Part shown: positions 8,100 through 16,853 of the stretch, one piece after another
How the letters are laid out: each line of letters starts with the position of its first letter
How positions within the stretch are numbered: position 1 is the stretch's first letter
NCBI GenBank assembly: GCA_040757295.1
Contig: JBFLXH010000007.1
Span: 35,142-99,141, forward strand
DNA from: Bacillota bacterium
GTDB taxonomy: Bacteria > Bacillota > PH28-bin88
Direction of reading: 5' to 3'
DNA: 64,000 bases
Translations under genes and position numbers: made by a program
The notes under the pieces: model-generated
What the model was told of the DNA's origin: nothing
Seen by the model: the letters and a program-made list of their open reading frames with translations, nothing else
Database searches by the model: none

Positions 8100-9299
8100 A
8101 TGGCAAAGACCAAGGTATCTGTTGTCCGGACTGCCCAAGGGCCCAGCCGGGAAGAGATTCAACGGGCTGTTAGAGAAGCGGTTGCTCTGGCAGGCGGCCT
8201 GGAAGGTATTGTCAATCATGGTAACCTGGTAATTATTAAGCCCAATTTGGTTGCTGTTCCAAAAGAGCCCCATTCAGGAGCTGTTACTAACCCCGAAGTA
8301 TGCAGGGCGTTGGCCGACATGGTACGGGAAATGGGGGCTAGACCGGTTATTGCCGAGTCTGCTGCTGCAGGGGTGGATACGGAAAAGGTAATTGCCAGCG
8401 AAGGCTATGAAGAACTAAGAGCAGATGGCTATGAAGTAATCGACTTAAAAAAGACGCCTAGAGTTACCTTGCCAATACCTGGTGGGGTGGCCATTAGTGA
8501 GTTTGAAACCTTTGAATTGGTAAAAGAGGCTAACGTAATTATTAGTGTCCCGGTAATGAAAACCCATGATCAAACTCAGGCCTCCCTAAGCTTGAAAAAC
8601 CTGAAAGGTTTGGGGACGGATAATGATAAAAAGCATATGCATTCAGTTGGTATCTTTGAGGGAGTCCCGGACATTGTTCAACTTTTCAAGCCTGCTTTTA
8701 CTGTTGTTGATGGGATTTACTGCCAGGAAGGCTTAGGCCCGGTTTTTGGCATCCCGGTAGAAATGGATCTGATCCTTGCTGGCCGGGACCTGGTAGCGGT
8801 AGACACTGTCTGCAGCAAAATAATGGGGTATGAGCCGGGAGAGCTGTTGATCACTGTTAATGCTGCTAACCGGGGATTGGGCACCATGAATATGGAAGAA
8901 ATAGAGGTTGTAGGATGCAGTATCCCTGAGGTTCATCGCCGGTTTAAGCGATCTTCCGAAGACGTGATTGTTGATGTTAAGGATTTCCACCTCCTTTTTG
9001 AAGAGGGAACTTGCACCGGCTGCCACAACACGGTTTTAAGTTCTATTGTGGATATTAAGAATGACGGAAATCTGGATTTCCTTCCAGGCAAATGGGTGGT
9101 GGCGGGTCTCCTCAAGGAAGAGTCCTTGCCTGCAGGCGTTGCCAAGGAGGATCTGGTATTAGTTGGGAAGTGCACCAAGCCGTGGGCTGAACAGGGTATC
9201 CATGTTAAAGGCTGTCCCCCCAATAACATATGGGTTGTTCAGGCGATTTGCGGTGATAAGGCTAAACGCAGGTATGCCACTGAAGACATCAAGGATTAA
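8100..9299 (+). CDS. DUF362 domain-containing protein with C-terminal Cys cluster
   Basis: About 400 aa. DUF362-like region (LVIIKPNLV...) and a C-terminal Cys-rich segment (CTGCHNT, GKCTKPW, GCPPN). Tightly spaced between the ldh and OFOR genes. Confidence 0.65.
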   Translation: MAKTKVSVVRTAQGPSREEIQRAVREAVALAGGLEGIVNHGNLVIIKPNLVAVPKEPHSGAVTNPEVCRALADMVREMGARPVIAESAAAGVDTEKVIASEGYEELRADGYEVIDLKKTPRVTLPIPGGVAISEFETFELVKEANVIISVPVMKTHDQTQASLSLKNLKGLGTDNDKKHMHSVGIFEGVPDIVQLFKPAFTVVDGIYCQEGLGPVFGIPVEMDLILAGRDLVAVDTVCSKIMGYEPGELLITVNAANRGLGTMNMEEIEVVGCSIPEVHRRFKRSSEDVIVDVKDFHLLFEEGTCTGCHNTVLSSIVDIKNDGNLDFLPGKWVVAGLLKEESLPAGVAKEDLVLVGKCTKPWAEQGIHVKGCPPNNIWVVQAICGDKAKRRYATEDIKD

Positions 9300-9331
9300 A
9301 GGACTACTATTTCTGTTAGGAGGTCACGGAT

Positions 9332-9874
9332 TTGAAGGAGATCCGGATTCACGGCCGCGGTGGTCAGGGTTCGGTTGTACTTGCCGAGATGTTTGCTGTT
9401 GCGGCCTTCGCAGGAGGGAAATACAGTCAGGCCTTTCCTTACCTTGGCGGCGGTGGAGAGCGGCGCGGAGCCCCTGTTCAGGCTTTTGCCAGGATCAGCG
9501 ACGACCCTATCCGTTTAAGGAGTAGAATTAAAGACCCTGATTATGTGATTGTCCAAGATGTATCCTTGCTTGGGATTGTAGACGTTTTTAAGGGCCTTAA
9601 ATCGACAGGTATTGTTTTAATTAACAGCGAAAAAGAGGCTAAAGAGCTTGGAGAAAGGGTTATTACCGTCCCGGCGACTCATATTGCGCTGGAGAAACTC
9701 GGGGTGCCAATAACCAACACCGCTATTATGGGCGCCTTTGCCGCAGCTACAGGTGAATTGACTTTAGATGCAGTAGAGAAGGTTATTAGATCACGTTTTC
9801 CGGGAGTACTGGGGGAGCGTAACGCCGAAGCAGCTGCTGCTGCGTATTCCTTAATGAAGAGGTGTGGGGAATGA
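9332..9874 (+). CDS. 2-oxoacid:ferredoxin oxidoreductase gamma subunit
   Basis: POR/VOR gamma family (IHGRGGQGSVVLAEMFA); TTG start with RBS. Confidence 0.85.
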   Translation: MKEIRIHGRGGQGSVVLAEMFAVAAFAGGKYSQAFPYLGGGGERRGAPVQAFARISDDPIRLRSRIKDPDYVIVQDVSLLGIVDVFKGLKSTGIVLINSEKEAKELGERVITVPATHIALEKLGVPITNTAIMGAFAAATGELTLDAVEKVIRSRFPGVLGERNAEAAAAAYSLMKRCGE

Positions 9875-10128
9875 AACTTACTGTAGGTGCCGTTGTTCTA
9901 CCCGGAACATCCAAGAAAACAAAAACCGGATTATGGCGCGCAACACGGCCTTTGGTAAACCCAGAAGCATGTAATGGTTGCGGCGTTTGTGAATTGTTTT
10001 GTCCCGACAGTTCAATTGCGATAATAGATAAAACCTGTCAAATCAATTACGAATACTGCAAAGGTTGTGGAATTTGTGCTTATGAATGCAGCCGGAGAGC
10101 CATTACAATGCAGGAAGAGAGGAAATAG
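9871..10128 (+). CDS. 2-oxoacid:ferredoxin oxidoreductase delta (2x[4Fe-4S] ferredoxin) subunit
   Basis: CNGCGVCELFCP and CKGCGICAYEC motifs. ATG 9871 overlaps the gamma stop (ORF track starts at 9862). Confidence 0.85.
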   Translation: MKLTVGAVVLPGTSKKTKTGLWRATRPLVNPEACNGCGVCELFCPDSSIAIIDKTCQINYEYCKGCGICAYECSRRAITMQEERK

Positions 10129-10131
10129 GAG

Positions 10132-11316
10132 ATGCGTAAAACAGCTGTTTTGGAGGGCTCGGTAGGGGTTGCTGAAGCAGTAAAGGCGTGCCGCCCAAAG
10201 GTAATTTCCGCTTATCCTATCAGCCCTCAGACTCATGTGGTAGAGACTTTGGCTAAAATGGCCGCAGAGGGAGAAATTGATGCCGATTATATTCGAGTTG
10301 AATCAGAATTTTCAGCTGCATCGGTTGTTTATGGCGCTAGCGCTGCCGGTGTCAGGGCATATACCGCTTCTTCTTCCCAAGGTTTGCTGTTGATGACGGA
10401 AGTTATTTATAATATGGCGGGAACTAGGTTGCCTGTCGTTTTGACAGGAATTAACAGAACGGTTTCAGCCCCGATTACAATTCAACCTGACCACCAGGAT
10501 ACAATGGCTTTCCGGGATGCAGGCATCATCCAGTTGTATGTGGAAAGCAATCAGGAGGCATATGCGACCCATATTCAAGCCTTTAAAATTGCCGAAGACC
10601 ATCAAGTGCTTCTGCCGGTAATGGTATGTATGGACGGATGGATTTTGACTCATTGCTATGAGCCGATTGAACTATTAGGACAAGAAGAGGTTGACAGCTT
10701 TTTAGCGCCCTACCGGCCCCTTTACCCCCTTGATCCGCGAAAGCCTGTGACTTATGGTTCATTTGCAGATGAGGAGGTTATGGAATTTCGGTATATGGTT
10801 CATGCGGCAATGGAAAGGGCCAAGGCGAAGATTGTGGATGTGGCGGAGGAGTACCGCCAACGGTTCGGTTATTATTTCGGGGGATTGATTGAAGAGTATT
10901 ACTCCCAAGACGCCGAAATAGTCCTGGTAGCTATGGGTTCTATGGTGGCTACATTGAAAGACGCAGTTGACACATTGAGGAACGAAGGGATAAATATCGG
11001 GCTTTTGAAAATTCGGGCCTATCGCCCTTTTCCTGCCGAAGAGGTGAGACAGGCCTTAGCCAAAGCCAGAATTGTGGCGGTTTTAGATAAAAGCTTGTCT
11101 TGCGGTTATGCCGGGCCTTTGGCCTTGGATCTCAAGGCAGCCATGTATAATGCTGAAGCTCACCCGACCATTTTAAGTTTGATTGCTGGCCTAGGGGGCA
11201 GAGAAGTGGACCTGCAAACAGTGCGGGAAATTGTTAACCGGTGCCGGGCTGCAGCCAAGGCAGTGGACTGCGATTTCTTCCAACTGAGATCAGGACTTGT
11301 TGAATTCCCGGGCTGA
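10132..11316 (+). CDS. 2-oxoacid:ferredoxin oxidoreductase alpha subunit
   Basis: POR/VOR alpha family, 394 aa (AYPISPQT..., GINRTVSAP...). Confidence 0.9.
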   Translation: MRKTAVLEGSVGVAEAVKACRPKVISAYPISPQTHVVETLAKMAAEGEIDADYIRVESEFSAASVVYGASAAGVRAYTASSSQGLLLMTEVIYNMAGTRLPVVLTGINRTVSAPITIQPDHQDTMAFRDAGIIQLYVESNQEAYATHIQAFKIAEDHQVLLPVMVCMDGWILTHCYEPIELLGQEEVDSFLAPYRPLYPLDPRKPVTYGSFADEEVMEFRYMVHAAMERAKAKIVDVAEEYRQRFGYYFGGLIEEYYSQDAEIVLVAMGSMVATLKDAVDTLRNEGINIGLLKIRAYRPFPAEEVRQALAKARIVAVLDKSLSCGYAGPLALDLKAAMYNAEAHPTILSLIAGLGGREVDLQTVREIVNRCRAAAKAVDCDFFQLRSGLVEFPG

Positions 11317-11334
11317 ATTGGGGGAGGAAATAAT

Positions 11335-12225
11335 ATGGAACAACTTTTGGCGCCGGGGCATCGGGCCTGTCCAGGTTGCGGTGTGGCGGTAGCAGTAAGG
11401 CAGATATTGAGCGCAACAGGCCCTAATGTGATTGTTGTATCACCTACAGGCTGCCTGGAGACTTTTACTTCTCCTTATGGTTATTCAGCATGGGAGGTGC
11501 CTTGGATTCATCCCCTTTTTGAAAATGCTGCAGCCGTGGCTTCAGGCGTTGAGGCAGCTCTGAAATACACCGGCCTAAAAGACACACCAGTAGTGGTAAT
11601 GGGCGGTGACGGGGGTACTTTTGATATTGGTTTCGGCGGTCTTTCCGGAATGTTTGAGCGGGGGCATAACGTAACCTATATCTGCTATGACAATGAGGCG
11701 TACATGAATACCGGCATCCAGCGCAGCAGCGCTACCCCTCTAGGGGCTGCCACCACCACCACCCCATCGGGGAAAATATCATTGGGGAAAATGGAGCGGA
11801 AGAAAGATATGCCTGCGATTGCTATTGCCCATGGTCTTGACTATGTGGCCACCGCAGCTATCTGTTATCCCAAAGACCTAATGCACAAGGTAAAAAAGGC
11901 TATTTCCATTGAGGGGCCCAAATATCTTCAGGTGCATACCCCATGCTGCGTTGGCTGGGGTTTTGAACCAGCCCTTACTGTCGAAATGGCACGGTTGGCG
12001 GTGCAAACAGGATTGATGCCTATTTTTGAAGCTGTAAACGGCCAAATATCTGCGGTACGAAAAATTGCTCAGGTCCGGCCTGTTAGGGAATATATCGAAA
12101 AGCAGGCCAGGTTTAAACACCTGTTTAATTCAGGACCAGAGGGTTTGGCAGTCTTAGAACGTATCCAAGAACTGGCCGATAAAAATATTGCTGCTTGGGG
12201 AATGGCGTCAAAGGAGGTAAGCTGA
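11335..12225 (+). CDS. 2-oxoacid:ferredoxin oxidoreductase beta (TPP-binding) subunit
   Basis: ACPGCG Fe-S/TPP region and the GGDGG TPP-binding motif (VVMGGDGGTFDIGF). Confidence 0.9.
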   Translation: MEQLLAPGHRACPGCGVAVAVRQILSATGPNVIVVSPTGCLETFTSPYGYSAWEVPWIHPLFENAAAVASGVEAALKYTGLKDTPVVVMGGDGGTFDIGFGGLSGMFERGHNVTYICYDNEAYMNTGIQRSSATPLGAATTTTPSGKISLGKMERKKDMPAIAIAHGLDYVATAAICYPKDLMHKVKKAISIEGPKYLQVHTPCCVGWGFEPALTVEMARLAVQTGLMPIFEAVNGQISAVRKIAQVRPVREYIEKQARFKHLFNSGPEGLAVLERIQELADKNIAAWGMASKEVS

Positions 12226-13665
12226 ATGAAAACTGCTGCGGAATATTTGGAATCTCTACGTGGGCTGAGACCAAGAGTATATGCCTTTGGGGAGGAAATT
12301 GCTTGTGTAGTAGACCATCCCTTGACAAAGCCCCATGTGGCAGCAGCTGCATTAACATATGAGCTGGCTCATCAACCCGATGCTGAGGACTTGGTAACCG
12401 CCCTTTCCCATCGAAGCGGGCGGGTTATTAACCGTTTTACCCATATCCATCAAAGTACTCAAGACTTAGTAAAAAAAGTAAAAATGCTTAGGATGATTGC
12501 CCAAAAAACCGGTAGCTGTTTTCAGAGATGTGTTGGATTTGACGCGATAAATGCTATATACAGTGTTACCTACGAAATGGACCAGGAACTGGGCACCAGC
12601 TATCACGAGAGGTTTTGCGCTTACCTGGACAGATTGCAGGAAGAAGACCTGATGGTAGCTGGTTCTATGACAGATGCCAAGGGCGACCGCAGTTTAAAGC
12701 CAAGCCAACAGCCAGATCAAGACGTCTATGTCAGGGTGGTGGCAAAAAATGAGAAAGGGATTGTAATTAGAGGAGGGAAAGCTCACCAAACAGGCATTGT
12801 CAACTCTCATGAAATGTTGATCATGCCTACAACTGCTCTAACCGCGGAGGATGCCGACTTTGCCCTGTGCTGTGCGGTCCCGGTTGATGCACCAGGAGTT
12901 ATCCATATTTTTGGCAGGCAAACCAACGACACCCGAAGGCTAGAAGGCGGCAGCATTGACCAGGGCAATGCCCGGTATGCTATCGTTGGCGGCGAGGCTT
13001 TGACGGTCTTGGAGGATGTTTTTGTGCCATGGGAAAAGGTGTTCATGTGCGGCGAGCACCAGTACGCCGGAATGCTGGTTGAGCGTTTTGCCTGTTATCA
13101 CCGGCAAAACTATGGGGGCTGTAAAACGGGGGTTAGTGATATTATTATTGGCGGCGCCTGCGCCTTAGCAGAATATAACGGGGTGGCCAAGGCTTCTCAC
13201 ATCCGGGATAAGATAGCTGAAATGGTTCACCTGGCAGAAACCATGTATTGCGGCTCCATAGCCTGTTCAGCTGAGGGAAGCCCAACCAAGTCAGGGGCTT
13301 ATCTGGTAGAGCCACTATTAGCTAACACGGTGAAACAAAATGTTACCCGGTTTATTTACGAAATTAGCCGTCTAGCCCATGACATTGCGGGTGGATTCCT
13401 TGCTACCCTGCCATCGGAGAAGGATATTGAGCACCAGGAAATTGGACAGTATGTGCTAAAATACTTTGCCGGGACGGCAGGAGTCCCGGTTGAGCACAGG
13501 ATTAGGGTGGCCAGGCTGCTTGAAAACATGACAGGGGGAACCGCCTTGTTAGAGTCCATGCACGGCGCCGGCTCACCCCAAGCACAGCGGGTAATGATCT
13601 TAAGGCAGGCAAACTTGGCCCATAAAAAGAAGCTGGCTGAGCGTTTAGCGGGCGTCTGCTGCTGA
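12226..13665 (+). CDS. abfD: 4-hydroxybutyryl-CoA dehydratase / vinylacetyl-CoA delta-isomerase family (AbfD-like)
   Basis: 479 aa, collinear with AbfD. Hallmark blocks: QKTGSCFQRCVGFDA (cluster Cys pair), HQTGIVNSHE, ESMHGAGSPQAQRVMI. Confidence 0.8.
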   Translation: MKTAAEYLESLRGLRPRVYAFGEEIACVVDHPLTKPHVAAAALTYELAHQPDAEDLVTALSHRSGRVINRFTHIHQSTQDLVKKVKMLRMIAQKTGSCFQRCVGFDAINAIYSVTYEMDQELGTSYHERFCAYLDRLQEEDLMVAGSMTDAKGDRSLKPSQQPDQDVYVRVVAKNEKGIVIRGGKAHQTGIVNSHEMLIMPTTALTAEDADFALCCAVPVDAPGVIHIFGRQTNDTRRLEGGSIDQGNARYAIVGGEALTVLEDVFVPWEKVFMCGEHQYAGMLVERFACYHRQNYGGCKTGVSDIIIGGACALAEYNGVAKASHIRDKIAEMVHLAETMYCGSIACSAEGSPTKSGAYLVEPLLANTVKQNVTRFIYEISRLAHDIAGGFLATLPSEKDIEHQEIGQYVLKYFAGTAGVPVEHRIRVARLLENMTGGTALLESMHGAGSPQAQRVMILRQANLAHKKKLAERLAGVCC

Positions 13666-13666
13666 G

Positions 13667-14011
13667 ATGGTTGCTGAGATGGAGCTTAGCGAGAAGAAGC
13701 CCTTGGTGCTGGTCAAGTTTTGTGGCGGGTGCAATCCGCTAATTGACCGCCAGGCAGTTTTTAATGAATTAAAGGAGCTCCTTTTCAGTACTCACCAGGT
13801 GATTGCTGCCCTTATGCCTGCGGCTGACTGGTTTTTAATTATCAGCGGTTGTAGGGTAAACTGTGCTGGTGTTCCAAAGGAATGGGCAAAGCCGGAGAAA
13901 ACAATCCGAGTTGCGGGAACAGCTGTAAATGGTTGGCTTGTCAATGAGAATGAATTAGCCGATGCCATTGCCCGAATTATTACTGGCTTGCATACTATTA
14001 ATTACGGCTAA
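13667..14011 (+). CDS. small CGGC-motif protein (function unknown)
   Basis: KFCGGCNP motif plus a second Cys pair. Overlaps the abfD stop by 1 nt (operonic). Start may be the ATG at 13676. Confidence 0.5.
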   Translation: MVAEMELSEKKPLVLVKFCGGCNPLIDRQAVFNELKELLFSTHQVIAALMPAADWFLIISGCRVNCAGVPKEWAKPEKTIRVAGTAVNGWLVNENELADAIARIITGLHTINYG

Positions 14012-14070
14012 TTTGCCCCAAAAATCCGTGGTAATGGAGATTGCAATGGTTACCAAGCGGCTGCTTCTTA

Positions 14071-14099
14071 TTGACTTACTTCACTGGCTATGCTATGAT
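14071..14099 (+). promoter_or_regulatory. sigma-A-type promoter for tRNA-Leu(GAG)
   Basis: TTGACT, 17-nt spacer, TATGAT; ends ~16 nt upstream of the tRNA 5' end. Confidence 0.6.
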
Positions 14100-14115
14100 A
14101 TCTCTTGCCAAGAGA

Positions 14116-14200
14116 GCGGAAGTGGCGGAACCGGCAGACGCGTACGTTTGAGGGGCGTATGGGAAATCCCGTGGGGGTTCAAGTCCCCCCTTCCGCACCA
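14116..14200 (+). tRNA. tRNA-Leu (anticodon GAG), type II with long variable arm, encoded CCA
   Basis: Hand-folded. Acceptor GCGGAAG/CTTCCGC; anticodon stem TACGT/GCGTA with loop TTGAGGG; variable arm GGGAAATCCC; T-arm GGGGG-TTCAAGT-CCCCC; 3' ACCA. Confidence 0.75.
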
Positions 14201-14256
14201 ACAAAACAAATTAAGGCGTGCATTAAGTCGATGTGCGCTTTTTGTTTTTGGTTTAC

Positions 14257-14601
14257 TTAGCCAAAAACCCTGTAGGTGATGAAAACGGCGCCTGCGAAAC
14301 CAGCAAAATCGGCAAGCAAACCCACAGGCACGGCATAGGAGAATTTTTTGATGCCAACTGATGCAAAATAGACAGCCAAAATATAAAAGGTGGTGTCGGT
14401 ACTGCCATCCAAGGTGCAGGCTAATCTCCCGATAAAGGAATCAGGCCCGAACCTATCAATAAGTTCTGCAGTCAGACCGAGGGCTGCCGGACCGGAAAGA
14501 GGGCGAACAAGCATGAGGGGAAAGATTTCCCCAGGAATGTTAAAAAGAGATAAGCCCAAGAACCCTTTCCACTGCTGCCCCGGCAGACATTCGCTATTCA
14601 A
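14257..14601 (-). pseudogene. spmB: spore maturation protein B (SpmB) C-terminal two-thirds; N-terminally truncated fragment
   Basis: Aligns to the B. subtilis SpmB C-terminal region (IPGEIFPLMLVRPLSG...TTFYILAVYFASVGIKK). The N-terminal ~60 aa and the expected spmA partner are absent. Confidence 0.6.
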
Positions 14602-14603
14602 TG

Positions 14604-14696
14604 ATTCCTATTATCATGCTGACGGCCAAAGATGATGATATTGACAAAATCTTGGGAATTTAAATGGGGGCAGATGACTATATGACCAAGCCATGA
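14604..14696 (+). pseudogene. remnant of OmpR-family response regulator (end of receiver domain), disrupted by stop
   Basis: Translation [29 protein letters not shown] matches the receiver-domain consensus MLTAKxxxxDxIxGLExGADDYxTKPF, with an in-frame TAA. Confidence 0.55.
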
Positions 14697-14697
14697 A

Positions 14698-14851
14698 GCT
14701 CAAGGATTTGCAGGTCCAACTTGAAGTGCGGGATACTGGCGTTGGAATTCCAGCAGAGGAATTGCCCTTTATTTTCGATCCTTTTTACAGGGTTGACCGA
14801 GCCCGGGCAAGAGCGACCGGCGGTTACGGGCTGGGGCTTGCCAAAAATTAA
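14698..14851 (+). pseudogene. remnant of sensor histidine kinase (C-terminal HATPase_c G-boxes only)
   Basis: Translation LQVQLEVRDTGVGIPAEELPFIFDPFYRVDRARARATGGYGLGLAK covers the G1/G2 boxes. No upstream kinase domains are present. Confidence 0.55.
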
Positions 14852-14879
14852 AACAGGGGCACATGGCCCCTGTGTTTTA

Positions 14880-15749
14880 TTAGTAGGAACGACCAAAGTT
14901 TTGTCCGGCGAAATTGGGGCTGGTGTACTGGCCCCCGAACTGACCGCCAATGTTTTGTCCTCCAAAGGTAGAGAGTCCGCCAAACTGGGCGCCAGCCTGT
15001 TGGGTCAGGCCACTAATCTGCTGCAAGTCCCTGTTTACTTGGTTTGCCATTTGCTGTAGCTGCTGCAGCTGTTGGCTAACTTGACGTTCAGCTTGGGCTA
15101 GCTGCTGGAGCTGTTGAGCCGTGCTGAATTCAGTTTGTTGCAAGCGCTGTAGGGTATTGGCATTGTTTTGCTCTACTTGGGCCATTTGGGAGACCATAGC
15201 CTGTATGCTGTTCAGCTCATCCCTGAAACGCTGGATCTGCTGCTGCAGTTGGAAGGCAGAGGTAATCGGGGCTTGGTATGACTGCTGATAATTAGGGGTA
15301 AACCCTATATTTGTTTGTCCATAGGCTCCGGTTGTAAAGGGAGAGAAACCGCCGAAACCCCCATAAGCGCCTGTGTAACCCAAGGTTGGGCTGATTTGTC
15401 CCGCTGTGTATGCGCTGCTCGCCCACTTATCGCCAACTCCCAAGGTTCTGTAATTGTCGCCGACACCAAGGGTAGTTTGGCTATATGGCTGCTGGGTATA
15501 TGCGCCTGCCCAATTGCTAATAGGCTGGTGTGCGAAGTTTTGACCGTACTGGCTTGCGGCGCTGGCCCATTTGTCCCCGACCCCCAAAGTCCTGGTATTA
15601 TCTCCAACGCCTAGAGTGGTCTGGGCATAGGGTTGGCTAGAAAATCCGCCTGTCGAAAACCCTTGTGACCCGTAGCCGAACGAACCCAACTGAGAACCCT
15701 GCATCCCTGTACCAAGATTTCCTGCTTGATAGCCGAATTGATTGAACAC
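14880..15749 (-). CDS. Gln/Gly/Tyr/Thr-rich low-complexity protein with internal ~45-aa tandem repeat and Q-rich coiled-coil (candidate spore coat/structural protein)
   Basis: 289 aa with GTG start. TTLGVGDNxRTLGVGDKWAS is duplicated. Central QQLQQLAQAERQVSQQLQQLQQ. G/Q/Y-rich termini, no signal peptide. Confidence 0.6.
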   Translation of the reverse strand: MFNQFGYQAGNLGTGMQGSQLGSFGYGSQGFSTGGFSSQPYAQTTLGVGDNTRTLGVGDKWASAASQYGQNFAHQPISNWAGAYTQQPYSQTTLGVGDNYRTLGVGDKWASSAYTAGQISPTLGYTGAYGGFGGFSPFTTGAYGQTNIGFTPNYQQSYQAPITSAFQLQQQIQRFRDELNSIQAMVSQMAQVEQNNANTLQRLQQTEFSTAQQLQQLAQAERQVSQQLQQLQQMANQVNRDLQQISGLTQQAGAQFGGLSTFGGQNIGGQFGGQYTSPNFAGQNFGRSY

Positions 15750-16090
15750 CTAAAAACCGCACCTCCTGGATTGTTATAGTTTTTTCCGCTGTTAGTATGA
15801 CACCGGATTTATTACTTATGCTGGGAATTATTAGAATGCGAGTTGGAATCATATGGGTGTGTTACTATGGCCTTTTCTTTACTCCCTAATCCTGTTAAAC
15901 AGATCAGGTAAAATCCAGATAGGAAATAAATTGCCGTATTTTCCGAACATCCTTTGGAGGAAATCAAAAGTGCTTATAGAATAGATTAAATTAAAACTCC
16001 CAGGAGGTTGTAGTTGTACTTGCAATTTTAGTCACAAAAAGGGTAAGATATTAATAAGTCTTTTTAGGAAAGCAGAAGGAGGCTAAAATA

Positions 16091-16294
16091 ATGTTTGGCT
16101 TAATTCCCAGCATTGGTCCAACTGAACTCATATTGATATTGGCCTTGGCTTTAATTATCTTTGGTCCCGGTAAATTGCCCGATGTAGGGAAATCCTTGGG
16201 CAAGACAATTAGAGAATTTCGCAGCGCAACTAAAGATGAAGCCCCCTCTGCCGCTCAGCTAAAGAATGAAGGGGAGAAGCAGGCAGATTCGTAA
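16091..16294 (+). CDS. tatA: twin-arginine translocase TatA/E-family subunit
   Basis: N-terminal TM plus amphipathic helix (IILALALIIFGPGKLPDVGKSLGKTIREF); 67 aa. Confidence 0.85.
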   Translation: MFGLIPSIGPTELILILALALIIFGPGKLPDVGKSLGKTIREFRSATKDEAPSAAQLKNEGEKQADS

Positions 16295-16323
16295 ATTATT
16301 AGTGGGACAAGAGAGGTGCCAAC

Positions 16324-16518
16324 ATGTTTAATATTGGGCCGTGGGAACTAATCCTGATATTAATTGTTGCGTTGGTTGTTGTAGGTCCGAAAAAGCTGCC
16401 GGAGATGGGCAGGGCTGTTGGGAATGGATTAAAGGAATTCCGAAAAGCTACTTCTGATATCAGAAACCAACTAGATGTCACCAAAGCCGAGCCTCCTGCG
16501 GAAGAAAAGAAAACTTAA
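16324..16518 (+). CDS. tatA: second TatA/B-family subunit
   Basis: ILILIVALVVVGPKKLPEMGRAVGNGLKEFRK; 64 aa. Confidence 0.85.
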   Translation: MFNIGPWELILILIVALVVVGPKKLPEMGRAVGNGLKEFRKATSDIRNQLDVTKAEPPAEEKKT

Positions 16519-16853
16519 GGGAATATCAAATATTTTAATATTCGGTCTCCGAGCTAATACCGCCTAACGGTTTTTCCTATGGGGTTTAAGCCTGAGCTCT
16601 TAGCTCACGGGGTACAATTACCGGAAACGGGTGTGCCTCCATTATTGGGAAGGAGATGCATTAGGTCGTTTATTATTTCGGCCCTGCTAATTCGTTCCTT
16701 AGCAGGGCCATTATTTATAAGCTGGGATGCAAAAATAAGGTTGTTTATCCTTTTATTAGGTTAGCTGCTTATTAGTACTGGGAGCGCCTTACTGCCTCAG
16801 CAAGTATATCCAAGTTATTAACAAAGCATCGTAGAAGCTTTGGGGGTGTTTTC

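Noticed and set aside
9163-9525. 120-aa ORF overlapping the DUF362 gene end and OFOR gamma start
   Set aside because: Alternative-frame artefact inside well-supported genes.
14116-14200. Considered whether this long-variable-arm tRNA could be tRNA-Sec, given the candidate selenoprotein in the window
   Set aside because: The hand-folded anticodon loop is TTGAGGG (anticodon GAG, Leu). Acceptor stem is 7 bp and not the 8 bp of tRNA-Sec, and no UCA anticodon is possible in this fold.
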